In this document: piece by piece, positions 1 to 10,368 of the stretch | Layout of the letters: every line of letters starts with the position of its first letter | How positions within the stretch are numbered: position 1 is the stretch's first letter | NCBI GenBank assembly: GCA_964503885.1 | Contig: CAZDCD010000013.1 | Location: 50,696 to 114,695 of the forward strand | DNA length: 64,000 nt | Direction: 5' to 3' | Source of the DNA: an uncultured Bacteroidales bacterium | GTDB lineage: Bacteria > Bacteroidota > Bacteroidia > Bacteroidales > UBA10428 | Translations under genes and position numbers: made by a program | Notes under the pieces: generated by a model | Told to the model about the DNA's origin: nothing | The model's input: the letters and a program-made list of their open reading frames with translations, nothing else | Databases searched by the model: none

Positions 1-1
1 T

Positions 2-532
2 ACGCTCTTTTTTATAGGATCGCTCGACTGGCTGCCCAACCGGGAGGGACTGCTGTGGTTTATCAAATGGGTATGGCAGTCCCTTCACCGAGAATTTCCA
101 TCGGTAACTTTTTCAGTTGCAGGAAGAAATGCTCCCCAAAATTTTATTGAACGCCTGCGAAAACATGCAATAGACTATGCAGGGGAGGTTGAAAATGCGG
201 CCGGTTTTATGGCCGGTAAAGCGGTGATGGTGGTTCCGTTATTCTCAGGCAGCGGAATGCGGGTGAAGATCGTTGAAGCCATGGCCATGGGGCGCACGGT
301 ACTCACAACTTCAATTGGTGCCGAAGGACTGGATGTTTCGCATAACGTACATTTGTTACTTGCTGATGATCCGGCAGCTTTTCTGAACAACCTGAAAAAA
401 TTGTTGCACGATCCCGGAGAATGCCTGCGGATAGGTAAAAACGCTGAAGATTTTGTGAAAATCCGGCTCGACAATAAAAAGATCATTTCGGGGTTGCTTG
501 ATTTTTACTCATCAATCATAACCCGTGTATGA
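2..532 (+). CDS. Glycosyltransferase, GT-B fold (GT4-like), C-terminal part; the 5' end lies outside the window
   Basis: Frame 2 is open from the window edge. The translation ...FIGSLDWLPNREGLLWF...VAGRNAP...AGKAVMVVPLFSGSGMRVKIVEAMAMGRTVLTTSIGAEGL... matches the C-terminal nucleotide-sugar-binding half of GT4 enzymes. The stop overlaps the next start (ATGA at 529-532). Confidence 0.8.
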   Translation, partial: TLFFIGSLDWLPNREGLLWFIKWVWQSLHREFPSVTFSVAGRNAPQNFIERLRKHAIDYAGEVENAAGFMAGKAVMVVPLFSGSGMRVKIVEAMAMGRTVLTTSIGAEGLDVSHNVHLLLADDPAAFLNNLKKLLHDPGECLRIGKNAEDFVKIRLDNKKIISGLLDFYSSIITRV

Positions 533-1698
533 AAGCAATCTTCTGGATATCCATGGGAGTTATCGGATACACATACCTGCTGTATACCATGCTGCTTGCA
601 GTGCTCAGCGGATTTATTAGGCTGGCCAGAGGAAAGCAGCCTGCCAAAGCGCATTATGAACCGGAGATTACCTTGCTGGTGCCTGCCTATAATGAAAGTG
701 ACAGCGTTGAAAAAAAGCTTGAAAATTCATTCGGACTGGATTACCCTAAAGAAAAGCTGCATCACCTGTGGGTAACTGACGGCTCGGATGACGGTACTCC
801 CGGGATCCTTGGGAAATTCAGCGAGGTTACTGTCCTTCATCACAAAACCAGAAGCGGTAAGATCGAAGCGATGAACCGGGGAATTGAGGAAGTCTCAACA
901 CCGATTGTGGTATTTTCGGATGCCAATACCGATCTCAGCAAAAATGCCCTTCGTGAGATTGTTTCTATTTTTTCGGATGAACGGGTGGGTTGCGTGGCGG
1001 GTGAAAAAAGGATCTATTCTTCCGGCAGGGACAAAGCTGTGGGAGCCGGTGAGGGACTTTACTGGCAATACGAATCGCTGATAAAGCGCCTGGAGTCGGG
1101 TATTCATTCCACGATGGGAGCGGCAGGTGAATTGTTTGCAATACGTACCTCATTGTATGAGAAGATAAAAAAAGATACCATCCTTGATGATCTGACCATA
1201 TCGCTGAACATTGCCCGGAAAGGGTATAAAATAAAATACGCACCCAAAGCCACTGCATCTGAAAATGCTTCATTTTCCATTCATGAAGAGCTCAAAAGAA
1301 AAATACGGATTGCCAGCGGCGGGTTTCAGTTGTTATTCAGGATGCCCGGTTTACTGAATATATTTAAATACGGGTTCCTGTCTTTTGAATACATTTCACA
1401 CAAAGTCTTCAGGTGGACTCTTGTCCCGGTATCCTTTATTGCCTTGTTTTTCTCAACGGTCGTTCTTGCTGCAGCCTGCCACGGGAAATGTCATATATAT
1501 AATGGTCTGCTGCTGATCCAACTGCTGTTTTATTTGCTGGCGCTCGCGGGCGGGCTGCTGAGGAATAAAAAAACACGCATCAGGCAGTTCTTTCTGCCCT
1601 ATTACCTGTTCATCATGAATTATTCCATTTTAGTGGGTATGATAAGGTTTTTCTCCCGGCGGCATACGGCTTTGTGGGAGAAAGCTAAAAGAAGCTGA
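529..1698 (+). CDS. Glycosyltransferase family 2, membrane-anchored (processive-type architecture)
   Basis: 389 aa. N-terminal TM helix, then LVPAYNE, DGSDDGT and FSDAN (DxD-like) motifs. C-terminal multi-TM region. Translationally coupled to the upstream GT. Confidence 0.85.
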   Translation: MKAIFWISMGVIGYTYLLYTMLLAVLSGFIRLARGKQPAKAHYEPEITLLVPAYNESDSVEKKLENSFGLDYPKEKLHHLWVTDGSDDGTPGILGKFSEVTVLHHKTRSGKIEAMNRGIEEVSTPIVVFSDANTDLSKNALREIVSIFSDERVGCVAGEKRIYSSGRDKAVGAGEGLYWQYESLIKRLESGIHSTMGAAGELFAIRTSLYEKIKKDTILDDLTISLNIARKGYKIKYAPKATASENASFSIHEELKRKIRIASGGFQLLFRMPGLLNIFKYGFLSFEYISHKVFRWTLVPVSFIALFFSTVVLAAACHGKCHIYNGLLLIQLLFYLLALAGGLLRNKKTRIRQFFLPYYLFIMNYSILVGMIRFFSRRHTALWEKAKRS

Positions 1699-1812
1699 CC
1701 TGAGACATTCATCTGAAAAGATAAATATATATAAAGTATACCTATTTTTTACTGTTTATGAATTGTATCATTTTTAAACAGTTATTATTTAGGGAATTTT
1801 ACAAACAGTTCT

Positions 1813-1820
1813 TACTTTTG
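1813..1820 (+). promoter_or_regulatory. Candidate Bacteroidota sigma-A -7 box (TACTTTTG = TAnnTTTG) for ribBA
   Basis: Exact match to TAnnTTTG, 32 nt upstream of the ATG at 1852. No FMN-riboswitch-like sequence is seen in the short leader. Confidence 0.45.
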
Positions 1821-1851
1821 CGGAAAATTTTTACCATCATTGATCAGACAT

Positions 1852-3114
1852 ATGAATATTCCTGAACCAACAGACACATTTCAGCTCGATACTATAGAAG
1901 ATGCAATTGCGGAGATCCGGAAAGGAAAGGTAGTTATTGTGGTAGATGATGAGGACAGGGAAAACGAGGGGGATTTTATTTGCGCGGCAGAATTGATTAC
2001 CCCCGAGATAGTCAATTTTATGGCTACCCATGGACGGGGCTTGATCTGTGCACCTATTCCGGAAGAACGTTGCGATGCACTCGACCTTAACCTGATGGTT
2101 GGAACCAACACATCATACCACGGTACCATGTTTACGGTTTCAGTGGATCTGCTCGGGCACGGGTGTAAGACCGGCATCTCGGCGAGTGACCGAGCGAAAA
2201 CAATAAAAGCGCTTGTTGATCCGACTACAAGACCCGAAGATCTGGGAAGGCCGGGTCATATTTTTCCGCTGAAAGCACGCAATAAGGGAGTATTGAGAAG
2301 AGCCGGACATACCGAGGCCACGGTGGATCTTGCCCGGCTGGCAGGACTTAAACCCGGGGGTGTGCTCGTGGAAATTATGAACAAAGACGGTAGCATGGCC
2401 CGGTTACCGGAACTGATGGAGATTGCCGGGAAATTTGACCTGAAAATCATTTCAATAAAGAACCTGATCGAATACCGCTTAAAACTGGAATCTATTGTAA
2501 TCAAAGGTGCTAAAGTTAATCTGCCGACAAAATACGGGACGTTTAACCTTATTCCCTTCATACAGAAATCAAACGGACTGGAACACCTGGCCCTGATGAA
2601 GGGAAAATGGACGAAAGATGAACCGGTTTTGGTGCGGGTGCATTCATCGTGCATGACCGGTGATATTTTCGGATCGTACCGCTGCGATTGCGGAACACAG
2701 CTCCAGGAAGCCATGAAGCTTATCAACAAAGAAGGTCTGGGAGTTATTGTTTACCTGAACCAGGAAGGCAGGGGGATTGGGCTGTTCAATAAGATTCAGG
2801 CCTATAAACTCCAGGAGGAAGGCCGGGATACGGTTCAGGCCAACCTCGACCTGGGATTTAAGGAGGATGAAAGGGACTATGGTGTAGGTGCAAGCATCCT
2901 GAGAGAACTGGGCCTGGGTAAGATAAGGCTGATCACAAATAATCCGGTAAAACGGGCAGGTCTTGAAGGATACGGTCTTGAAATCGTTGAAAATGTGGCC
3001 CTTGAGATCCCACCCAACGAGCATAACCTCTTTTACCTGAAAACCAAAAAGAATAAGATGGGCCATCTCCTCGATCTGCTCGATGACGATGATTTTAAAA
3101 TTGACAGCGAGTAG
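1852..3114 (+). CDS. ribBA: Bifunctional 3,4-dihydroxy-2-butanone-4-phosphate synthase / GTP cyclohydrolase II
   Basis: N-terminal half has [10 protein letters not shown]...GHTEA (RibB). C-terminal half has [21 protein letters not shown]...NQEGRGIGL (RibA zinc and catalytic motifs). I place the start at ATG 1852; the track ORF begins at TTG 1840. Confidence 0.95.
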   Translation: MNIPEPTDTFQLDTIEDAIAEIRKGKVVIVVDDEDRENEGDFICAAELITPEIVNFMATHGRGLICAPIPEERCDALDLNLMVGTNTSYHGTMFTVSVDLLGHGCKTGISASDRAKTIKALVDPTTRPEDLGRPGHIFPLKARNKGVLRRAGHTEATVDLARLAGLKPGGVLVEIMNKDGSMARLPELMEIAGKFDLKIISIKNLIEYRLKLESIVIKGAKVNLPTKYGTFNLIPFIQKSNGLEHLALMKGKWTKDEPVLVRVHSSCMTGDIFGSYRCDCGTQLQEAMKLINKEGLGVIVYLNQEGRGIGLFNKIQAYKLQEEGRDTVQANLDLGFKEDERDYGVGASILRELGLGKIRLITNNPVKRAGLEGYGLEIVENVALEIPPNEHNLFYLKTKKNKMGHLLDLLDDDDFKIDSE

Positions 3115-3117
3115 CCG

Positions 3118-4086
3118 ATGCAAATGAAGGACCCGGACATTGTATATATGGGTACTCCCGAATTTGCGGTAGAACCTTTAAAAGCCCTCCTGAAAGCCGG
3201 AAAAAAAGTCACGGCAGTGATCACCGCCGTTGATAAACCTGCAGGCAGGGGCAAAGCGCTTCGCGAATCTCCTGTGAAGGAATTTGCGCTGAAAAACAAC
3301 CTGAAGGTATTGCAGCCTTCAAACCTCAAAAATCCTGCGTTTTTAAACGAACTCAGAACATTGCACGCTGATCTTCAGGTTGTTGTTGCTTTCAGAATTC
3401 TGCCCGAAGAGGTCTGGTCGATGCCAAAACTGGGCACATTTAACCTCCACGCATCGCTATTACCCGATTACAGGGGCGCAGCACCGATTAACTGGGCGAT
3501 CATCAATGGGGAAAAATTAACCGGTGTGACCACTTTTTTTATTGATAAAGATATTGATACCGGGAAAATTATTTTGCAGGAAAAAGTGAAAATAGGGGAT
3601 GAGGAAACGGCCGGAGAACTCCATGATAAGCTGATGATTCTGGGGTCTGGAGTTGTACTCAGAACCATCGAACTTATTGAAACGGGTAAGGCAATCGCTG
3701 TTGACCAGTCACAAAAAATTCCTGAAAACCCCCTGAAACCTGCGCCGAAGATCTATAAAAAAGATTGCAGGATTCGCTGGAATACCCAGGTTGCGGATAT
3801 TTTTAATTTCATCAGGGGATTGAGCCCATATCCTGGTGCATGGACGATACTCAAAGACGCTGAAGGTGAAAACGTATCGATGAAAATCTTCAGAGCCGGT
3901 ATTGTAAACATAAAACATGCTGTTCCGGTTGGTGCCATCGAATCGGACGGAAAGCAATTACTGAGAATTGCTGCGTCAGACGGGTATCTGGATATTAAAG
4001 CCCTTCAGCTTGCCGGAAAAACAAGAATGAGTGTAGAAGATTTCCTCCGGGGATTTCAGGGCATCATGAAGTATTGGGCGGAATAA
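3118..4086 (+). CDS. fmt: Methionyl-tRNA formyltransferase
   Basis: 322 aa. IVYMGTPEFAV, NLHASLLPDYRGAAPINWAIINGE (formyltransferase SLLP/HxSLLPxxRG motif). C-terminal Fmt domain. Confidence 0.95.
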   Translation: MQMKDPDIVYMGTPEFAVEPLKALLKAGKKVTAVITAVDKPAGRGKALRESPVKEFALKNNLKVLQPSNLKNPAFLNELRTLHADLQVVVAFRILPEEVWSMPKLGTFNLHASLLPDYRGAAPINWAIINGEKLTGVTTFFIDKDIDTGKIILQEKVKIGDEETAGELHDKLMILGSGVVLRTIELIETGKAIAVDQSQKIPENPLKPAPKIYKKDCRIRWNTQVADIFNFIRGLSPYPGAWTILKDAEGENVSMKIFRAGIVNIKHAVPVGAIESDGKQLLRIAASDGYLDIKALQLAGKTRMSVEDFLRGFQGIMKYWAE

Positions 4087-4445
4087 GTCTGGATGCCGGT
4101 TGAAAAAAGTAATCGGTAATCATTTATCAATGCAGGCGCCAAAAGTGGCACCGTATCCAATATGCTGATGTAAAGTAGAAAAGGAGGATAAAAATCTGGT
4201 AATACGTGAAAAAAGTTATCGTATCACGATAAATAATTATCACCATAAGATAATTCAATTATCGCAGCACGATAATTATTCAACTGAGAATTTTATTGCA
4301 GCAAAGAAAATCAACCAGCGGGGATCATTTACAAGTGAATCATAACCCGTTACTTGTCACTCATCACGCGTTACAATAATGTTTTGAACTTTGAATTTAC
4401 GTGACGCTCGGAGGTGTCAGGCAGATCCTAAACACGAATCCTTCT

Positions 4446-5453
4446 TCAATCCGGATCAAGTTCAAAAATGATCTTATCTTCACCTGATGGTTCTTCTTTC
4501 AGCGAATTGGTGATGGCCACCGGCATGGCTCCTTTCTTTTTACCCCTCAGCAACAGCTCAGTGCCTGTTTCAGGTTCGGTGCCTTCGGCAAGAAGGTTGT
4601 TCCTGTAAAGTTTTTCAAGCTTTATGGCATATTTCTGGGAGATATCATACATCGTTTCTCCTTCTTTTACCACGTGGGTATTCTTTCCCGCTTCAGCCTT
4701 CGCACGTTTGGGTTGTATGTAAAGCACCTGGTCTTCGGAAAGTACGAAATCCGGAGGTAGTTCATTGTATTTGGCCAGTTCCCATGGCAGCAGATCGAAT
4801 TCATCGGTGAGGGATTTAAAGGTATCGCTGTTTTTTGTCAGGAGATACTTTACCCTGTTGTTTTCAAAAATTTTCCGTTCTCCGGTTTTAACGGATCGGG
4901 TTTTATTTTCGGCATAATAAATAGCGGGCTTGCCAGCTTTAACTTCGGTATCGAGCAGGTACAATTTATTTTCTTCTATAATTTTGATTAGCGCCCTGGC
5001 ATAAGTCGGACTGGTTGCATATCCTGCGTTCTTTAAGCCTTTTGCCCATTGCTTGTAATCGGTCGGGTCGAACTCGAAAAGAAATGCATACCTCGATTTT
5101 GTGGCAAGAAAATCGGAATGATCTCGGTATGACTCGTATGCCGAATTGTATTTCCTGAAACATTCCCTCCTGCTGTCGTCATTGTGTTTTATTGATTTTC
5201 CTGTCCAGTCATGGCACTTTATGCCGAAATGGTTGTTGGCTTTTCTGGCCAGTGAGCTGTTGCCGTCACCCGATTCCAGTATTCCCTGTGCCAGGGTAAT
5301 GCTGGCGGGGATGCCAGTACGTGCCATTTCTTCCACTGCATATTTCTTATACTGTTCAATGTATTCAGTCCTTGTGAATTTACCATACGACTGCGCCTGA
5401 ATTCCGGTTAACCATAATGAAATACCACAAATAAGGAGGTTCGCTCTTCGCAT
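4446..5453 (-). CDS. Secreted peptidoglycan hydrolase: glucosaminidase (FlgJ-like) domain plus C-terminal LysM
   Basis: Signal peptide MRRANLLICGISLWLTGIQAQ. ASITLAQGILESGDGNSSLARKANNHFGIKC (glucosaminidase family). C-terminal HVVKEGETMYDISQKYAIKLEKLYRNN (LysM). Confidence 0.85.
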   Translation of the reverse strand: MRRANLLICGISLWLTGIQAQSYGKFTRTEYIEQYKKYAVEEMARTGIPASITLAQGILESGDGNSSLARKANNHFGIKCHDWTGKSIKHNDDSRRECFRKYNSAYESYRDHSDFLATKSRYAFLFEFDPTDYKQWAKGLKNAGYATSPTYARALIKIIEENKLYLLDTEVKAGKPAIYYAENKTRSVKTGERKIFENNRVKYLLTKNSDTFKSLTDEFDLLPWELAKYNELPPDFVLSEDQVLYIQPKRAKAEAGKNTHVVKEGETMYDISQKYAIKLEKLYRNNLLAEGTEPETGTELLLRGKKKGAMPVAITNSLKEEPSGEDKIIFELDPD

Positions 5454-5545
5454 AAATAGTCGTTATTTTTTCATGTAAAATTAACTCACAAAAACAGCGA
5501 TTATTGTTTTTACACAGCTAGTTTATCAACAAGTACCGTGTATGC

Positions 5546-6235
5546 TCAGGATTTTGCGTTAAGCTGGTCAAGGAATATTTTCCAGAGATTTTCCTCTTGG
5601 GGCGGAGCTGCCTTGAGTGTTAACGGGTATTTTCCGACAGGGTGCTCAAATTCCAGCTTCCTCGCATGCAGCGAAATTCCCCCATCGGGATTTGACCTTG
5701 GAAACCCGTATTTCAGATCACCTTTTACAGGACATCCCAGTTCGGAAAGCTGGGCTCTTATCTGGTGATGCCTTCCGGTTTTAAGATCTACTTCCAGCAG
5801 GTGATACCTGCTGGAACTGGCAATCAGGGTATACTCAAGAATGGACTCTTTCGATCCTGTCACAGGAACTGTACTGCTGTATGATTTATTTTGTTTGGGA
5901 TTTCTTGTCAGGTAGCTCCTGATCGTTCCCGAATCGGCGGAGGGCTTGTTCTTCACAATTGCCCAGTATGTTTTACGCACATTGCCTTCCCGGAAAAGAG
6001 TATTTAATCTCGCCAGCGCTTTGCTTGTCCTCGCATACAGGATTATCCCGCTTACCGGCCGGTCCAGCCTGTGGACGACCCCCAGGAAAACGTTTCCGGG
6101 TTTGCCGTATTTATTTTTGATATACTCTTTAAGCAGGGAATCGAGCGACATATCTCCCGAACTGTCACCCTGTGCCAGTTCGTGATTTGTCTTATTGACG
6201 GCGATCAGGTGATTATCTTCATAAAGTATTTCCAT
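5546..6235 (-). CDS. RluA-family RNA pseudouridine synthase
   Basis: 229 aa. HRLDRPVSGIILYARTSKA catalytic-Asp motif. GRHHQIRAQL near the C-terminus. Confidence 0.9.
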   Translation of the reverse strand: MEILYEDNHLIAVNKTNHELAQGDSSGDMSLDSLLKEYIKNKYGKPGNVFLGVVHRLDRPVSGIILYARTSKALARLNTLFREGNVRKTYWAIVKNKPSADSGTIRSYLTRNPKQNKSYSSTVPVTGSKESILEYTLIASSSRYHLLEVDLKTGRHHQIRAQLSELGCPVKGDLKYGFPRSNPDGGISLHARKLEFEHPVGKYPLTLKAAPPQEENLWKIFLDQLNAKS

Positions 6236-6317
6236 ATCCTGTCAATGTGGTTTACCTGTGGTTTGGGTAAGAATGAAAATGAACCATATCCGCAGGTGAT
6301 CACTTAACCGGAAGCAT

Positions 6318-7139
6318 TCAATATTGCTCCCGTTCCGAAGGAAAATCGAGGTTTTTCACATCCAGGATATAGGATTCAACGGCTCCCTTTATTTCTGCAA
6401 ACAGGTTGTGGTACCTTCTCAGGAAACGGGGCGAGAACTCCTGGGTGATGCCGAGCATATCATGAAGGACCAGTACCTGGCCATCGACCCACCGGCCTGC
6501 GCCGATGCCGATAGCGGGTATTTTCAATTCTGTGGCGACTTTCCGGCCCAGCGTGGCAGGTATTTTTTCCAGCACAATTCCGAAACACCCTGTTTTCTCA
6601 AGCAGGTGGGCATCTTCTATCAGTTTGTCGGCTTCCTCCTTATCTTTTGCCCTGACCACATAGGTGCCAAATTTGTGTATCGACTGTGGTGTAAGCCCGA
6701 GATGTCCCATTACCGGGATCCCTGCGGAAAGTATCCTTTCAATCGATTCACAGACTTCACGGCCTCCTTCCATTTTTACTGCACCTGCACCGGTTTCTTT
6801 CATAATCCTGATTGCCGAACATAACGCTTCCTTTGAATTTCCCTGGTATGTCCCAAACGGCAGATCCACAATCACAAGTGCACGCTTAACCCCCCTTACC
6901 ACTGAGGCGGCGTGATATATCATATCATTGAGTGTGATCGGAAGTGTGGTTTCAAAACCTGCCATCACGTTGGAGGCCGAATCACCCACCAGAATTACAT
7001 CAATGCCGGCACTGTCGAGGATCCTGGCCATTGAAAAGTCGTATGCAGTGAGCATGGAGATCTTTTCGCCATAAAGTTTCATTTCCTGCAACACATGGGT
7101 GGTTATTTTTTTGGGTTTCTCTTTTAGTGCACTCGACAT
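6318..7139 (-). CDS. panB: 3-methyl-2-oxobutanoate hydroxymethyltransferase
   Basis: 273 aa. [41 protein letters not shown]: the full-length PanB pattern. Confidence 0.95.
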   Translation of the reverse strand: MSSALKEKPKKITTHVLQEMKLYGEKISMLTAYDFSMARILDSAGIDVILVGDSASNVMAGFETTLPITLNDMIYHAASVVRGVKRALVIVDLPFGTYQGNSKEALCSAIRIMKETGAGAVKMEGGREVCESIERILSAGIPVMGHLGLTPQSIHKFGTYVVRAKDKEEADKLIEDAHLLEKTGCFGIVLEKIPATLGRKVATELKIPAIGIGAGRWVDGQVLVLHDMLGITQEFSPRFLRRYHNLFAEIKGAVESYILDVKNLDFPSEREQY

Positions 7140-7382
7140 AGTTGTAGTTTTAGAAAATTCGGTACAAAGTTTAAAAATAATATTGAAGATTTGTCATGAT
7201 CCTCCTTTTTTTATGATGATGCGGTGTGTTACTGCCGTTTTGTCACCTTTTATGAAAGCTCCATGGTGCCTGGTGTTCGGCTAATTCCGAAATTATGTCA
7301 GAAAACACGAATGGCACAATCATTGAAACAGGTAATATCAAATTTACAGAATCAGGAATTAATCATATAAAAACTATTAAGC

Positions 7383-9299
7383 ATGGGTAAAATAATCGGC
7401 ATAGATTTAGGGACTACAAACTCCTGTGTTGCTGTTATGGAAGGTAATGAACCAGTTGTAATACCAAACAGTGAAGGAAAAAGAACAACCCCGTCGGTTG
7501 TAGCCTTCATCGAAAATGGTGAACGCAAGGTAGGTGATCCGGCAAAAAGGCAGGCGATCACAAATCCAGTGAAGACTGTATATTCCATTAAACGTTTCAT
7601 GGGAGAAACGTTCGACAAGGTTCAGAAAGAAGTTAAACGGGTGTCTTATAAAGTGGTAAAGGGCGATAACAATACACCCCGTGTAACTATCGACGATAGA
7701 AAATACACACCTCAGGAGATATCGGCAATGATTCTTCAGAAGATGAAGAAAACTGCCGAAGACTACCTGGGCAGCGAAGTTACCGATGCAGTGATCACCG
7801 TACCGGCATATTTCAGCGATTCACAGCGACAGGCCACCAAAGAGGCCGGTGAAATTGCCGGACTCAAGGTAAAACGGATCATTAATGAACCTACTGCCGC
7901 ATCACTCGCATATGGACTCGACAAGAAGAACAAAGACCTGAAAATTGCAGTATACGACCTCGGAGGAGGAACATTCGATATTTCAATCCTCGAACTCGGA
8001 GACGGCGTTTTTGAAGTGAAATCCACAAATGGGGATACACACCTCGGAGGCGATGACTTCGACCATATGGTCATCGACTGGCTGGCAGAGGAATTTCTGA
8101 AAGATGAGGGATTGGATCTCAGGAAAGATCCTATGGCCATGCAGAGGCTGAAAGAGGCTGCCGAAAAGGCAAAAATTGAATTATCAAGCTCTTCGACCAC
8201 CGAGATCAACCTGCCCTATATCATGCCTGTTGACGGTATTCCGAAGCACCTGGTGAAAACCCTTACGAGGGCTAAGTTTGAGAGCCTGACAGATTCCCTC
8301 ATTCAGGCAACCGTTGAACCGTGCCGCAAAGCAATGAAAGATGCAGGACTTTCGGCTTCGGATATCAATGAAGTGATCCTCGTAGGCGGATCAACAAGAA
8401 TTCCTGCTATTCAGGATGTAGTAGAAAAATTCTTCGGGAGAAAACCCTCAAAGGGTGTTAATCCTGACGAAGTAGTTGCTGTGGGTGCTGCAATTCAGGG
8501 AGGTGTACTGACAGGTGAAGTTAAGGATGTTTTGCTTCTGGATGTTACCCCGTTGTCTCTGGGAATTGAAACTATGGGTGGCGTTATGACAAGGCTTATT
8601 GATGCAAATACCACAATACCGACCAAAAAGGCCGAAGTCTTCACTACTGCAGCCGACAATCAGCCATCGGTTGAGATCCATGTCCTGCAGGGCGAAAGGC
8701 CTATGGCACAAGATAATAAAACAATCGGCAGGTTTCACCTCGATGGTATTCCACCGGCACCAAGGGGTCTTCCGCAGATTGAGGTGACATTCGATATCGA
8801 TGCCAACGGAATTTTAAATGTCTCTGCAAAGGATAAAGGAACCGGAAAGCAACAGAGCATCAGGATCGAGGCATCTACAGGTCTCACAGACCAGGAAATA
8901 GAAAAAATGAAGCAGGAGGCCAAAGCACATGAAAACGAAGATAAGGAGAAAAGAGAGCGTGTGGATAAGATGAATGCTGCCGACAGCCTTATTTTCCAGA
9001 CTGAAAAACAACTGAAGGAATTTGGTGACAAACTTCCGCCAGATAAAAAGGAACCTATTGAAAAAGCGCTCGAAAAACTTAAAGAAGCGCACAAAAAACA
9101 GGATCTGAGTGAAATAGATACGGCAACAGCTGAACTGAATGCCGTATGGCAGAAAGCTTCCGAAGAGCTGTACAAGGCCAGTCAGGCTGGTGCGGGAGCT
9201 GAAGCCGGCGGACAACAGGCATCGGCTGAAAATCAGGAAAAAGGGAAGAAGGGCGGTGACGATGAGGTTACCGATGTAGATTTCGAAGAAGTTAAATAA
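7383..9299 (+). CDS. dnaK: Molecular chaperone DnaK (Hsp70)
   Basis: 638 aa. [33 protein letters not shown]-terminal EEVK-type tail (DFEEVK). Confidence 0.98.
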   Translation: MGKIIGIDLGTTNSCVAVMEGNEPVVIPNSEGKRTTPSVVAFIENGERKVGDPAKRQAITNPVKTVYSIKRFMGETFDKVQKEVKRVSYKVVKGDNNTPRVTIDDRKYTPQEISAMILQKMKKTAEDYLGSEVTDAVITVPAYFSDSQRQATKEAGEIAGLKVKRIINEPTAASLAYGLDKKNKDLKIAVYDLGGGTFDISILELGDGVFEVKSTNGDTHLGGDDFDHMVIDWLAEEFLKDEGLDLRKDPMAMQRLKEAAEKAKIELSSSSTTEINLPYIMPVDGIPKHLVKTLTRAKFESLTDSLIQATVEPCRKAMKDAGLSASDINEVILVGGSTRIPAIQDVVEKFFGRKPSKGVNPDEVVAVGAAIQGGVLTGEVKDVLLLDVTPLSLGIETMGGVMTRLIDANTTIPTKKAEVFTTAADNQPSVEIHVLQGERPMAQDNKTIGRFHLDGIPPAPRGLPQIEVTFDIDANGILNVSAKDKGTGKQQSIRIEASTGLTDQEIEKMKQEAKAHENEDKEKRERVDKMNAADSLIFQTEKQLKEFGDKLPPDKKEPIEKALEKLKEAHKKQDLSEIDTATAELNAVWQKASEELYKASQAGAGAEAGGQQASAENQEKGKKGGDDEVTDVDFEEVK

Positions 9300-9320
9300 A
9301 TCATATATCACGGTTTACCA

Positions 9321-9355
9321 AAGCCGGACTTACCCGTGTAGGTCCGGCTTTTTTT
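9321..9355 (+). terminator. Rho-independent terminator after dnaK
   Basis: Stem AAGCCGGAC (9321-9329) pairs with GTCCGGCTT (9342-9350) and is followed by a T-run to 9355. Confidence 0.8.
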
Positions 9356-9529
9356 CGCATAAGACAATGTACAATTACAATGCAGTCTTTCTCAGTGTAT
9401 AGTTTGATGGCGTTGCCCGATGTAGTTTTCATACAAATGCACTGCAATAAAAATTAACCTGAGAAGTTATTATCACAAATCCTAAAATAATGCATGCTAA
9501 TTTTATAATTTTATGGATTAAAATAAGGG

Positions 9530-10363
9530 ATGATGAAACACATATTTTACAGTACGTTAATGCTTTTTATGCTGCTTAAGGCAGGTGCTGCATTAGGTGC
9601 CGTAACAGGGCAGGATACGGTGTTCAATCAGGTTGACGGTAAAGGATTGAAGCAGGGATACTGGAAAAAAGAATACCCTAACGGTAACCTCATGTATAAA
9701 GGGTATTTTGTCAATGACAAACCGGTGGGGACAATGGCCAGGTATTTTGAGAACGGCGGCGTCAAAGCAATACTTGCATACGACGGGAACAGTGAATATG
9801 CAAAGGCAAAGATCTTTTATGAGGATGGATCACTGGCATCGGAAGGAAATTATAAAAAATCGAGAAAAGACAGCATTTGGAATTATTACAGCTATTACGA
9901 TAAGAACATTCGTTCGAAGGAAACATATAGCAACGGATTATTAAACGGAACCTCGTTCCATTACTATCCCGGCGGCAGTGTCAGCGAAAAGATTGAATGG
10001 AAAGACGGCAAAAAACAAGGAGTGTGGGAACAATATTTTGAGGATGGATCCCTGCGGCTTAAAGCATCCTATATCGGCGACAAACTTTGGGGAGATTTTA
10101 TAGTTTTTCAGGCAAAGAATTTCGCACTGACCAAAGGTAAATTTACCGATGATCTAAGGGAAGGGCTATGGGTCTTTTATAACCAAGACGGTTCGGTAAA
10201 TATGCAGATCAATTATATTCATGGAAAACCTGAGAATGAAGCGGCCCTGACAAAACAACAACAGGAATTTTTCAGAAAAGTAGACGAAAATATCGGAAAG
10301 TTTGCTGAGCCCGATCCGTATGATTTTATGCCTGGTAACAATCCCCGTGGAAATGATTATTGA
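9530..10363 (+). CDS. Secreted MORN-variant / YwqK-family repeat protein
   Basis: Signal peptide, then repeated G-x-W-x-x-Y-Y-x-N-G units (GYWKKEYPNGNLMYKGYFVNDKPVG, GVWEQYFEDGSLRLKASY, GLWVFYNQDGSV). Confidence 0.7.
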   Translation: MMKHIFYSTLMLFMLLKAGAALGAVTGQDTVFNQVDGKGLKQGYWKKEYPNGNLMYKGYFVNDKPVGTMARYFENGGVKAILAYDGNSEYAKAKIFYEDGSLASEGNYKKSRKDSIWNYYSYYDKNIRSKETYSNGLLNGTSFHYYPGGSVSEKIEWKDGKKQGVWEQYFEDGSLRLKASYIGDKLWGDFIVFQAKNFALTKGKFTDDLREGLWVFYNQDGSVNMQINYIHGKPENEAALTKQQQEFFRKVDENIGKFAEPDPYDFMPGNNPRGNDY

Positions 10364-10368
10364 TCGTT

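Noticed and set aside
1699-1851. Looked for an FMN riboswitch upstream of ribBA.
   Set aside because: The leader after the candidate -7 box is only about 30 nt, and the upstream sequence lacks the conserved FMN-element GGG/CCC and AGGATAGT-like cores.
8735-9311. Long antisense ORFs inside dnaK (146 aa and 165 aa on the minus strand). Many similar shadow ORFs lie opposite ribBA, panB, pheT, the ABC gene and the CE15 gene.
   Set aside because: They lie entirely within strongly supported genes on the other strand. They have low-complexity S/F/L-rich translations and no motifs, which is typical of frame-shadow ORFs.
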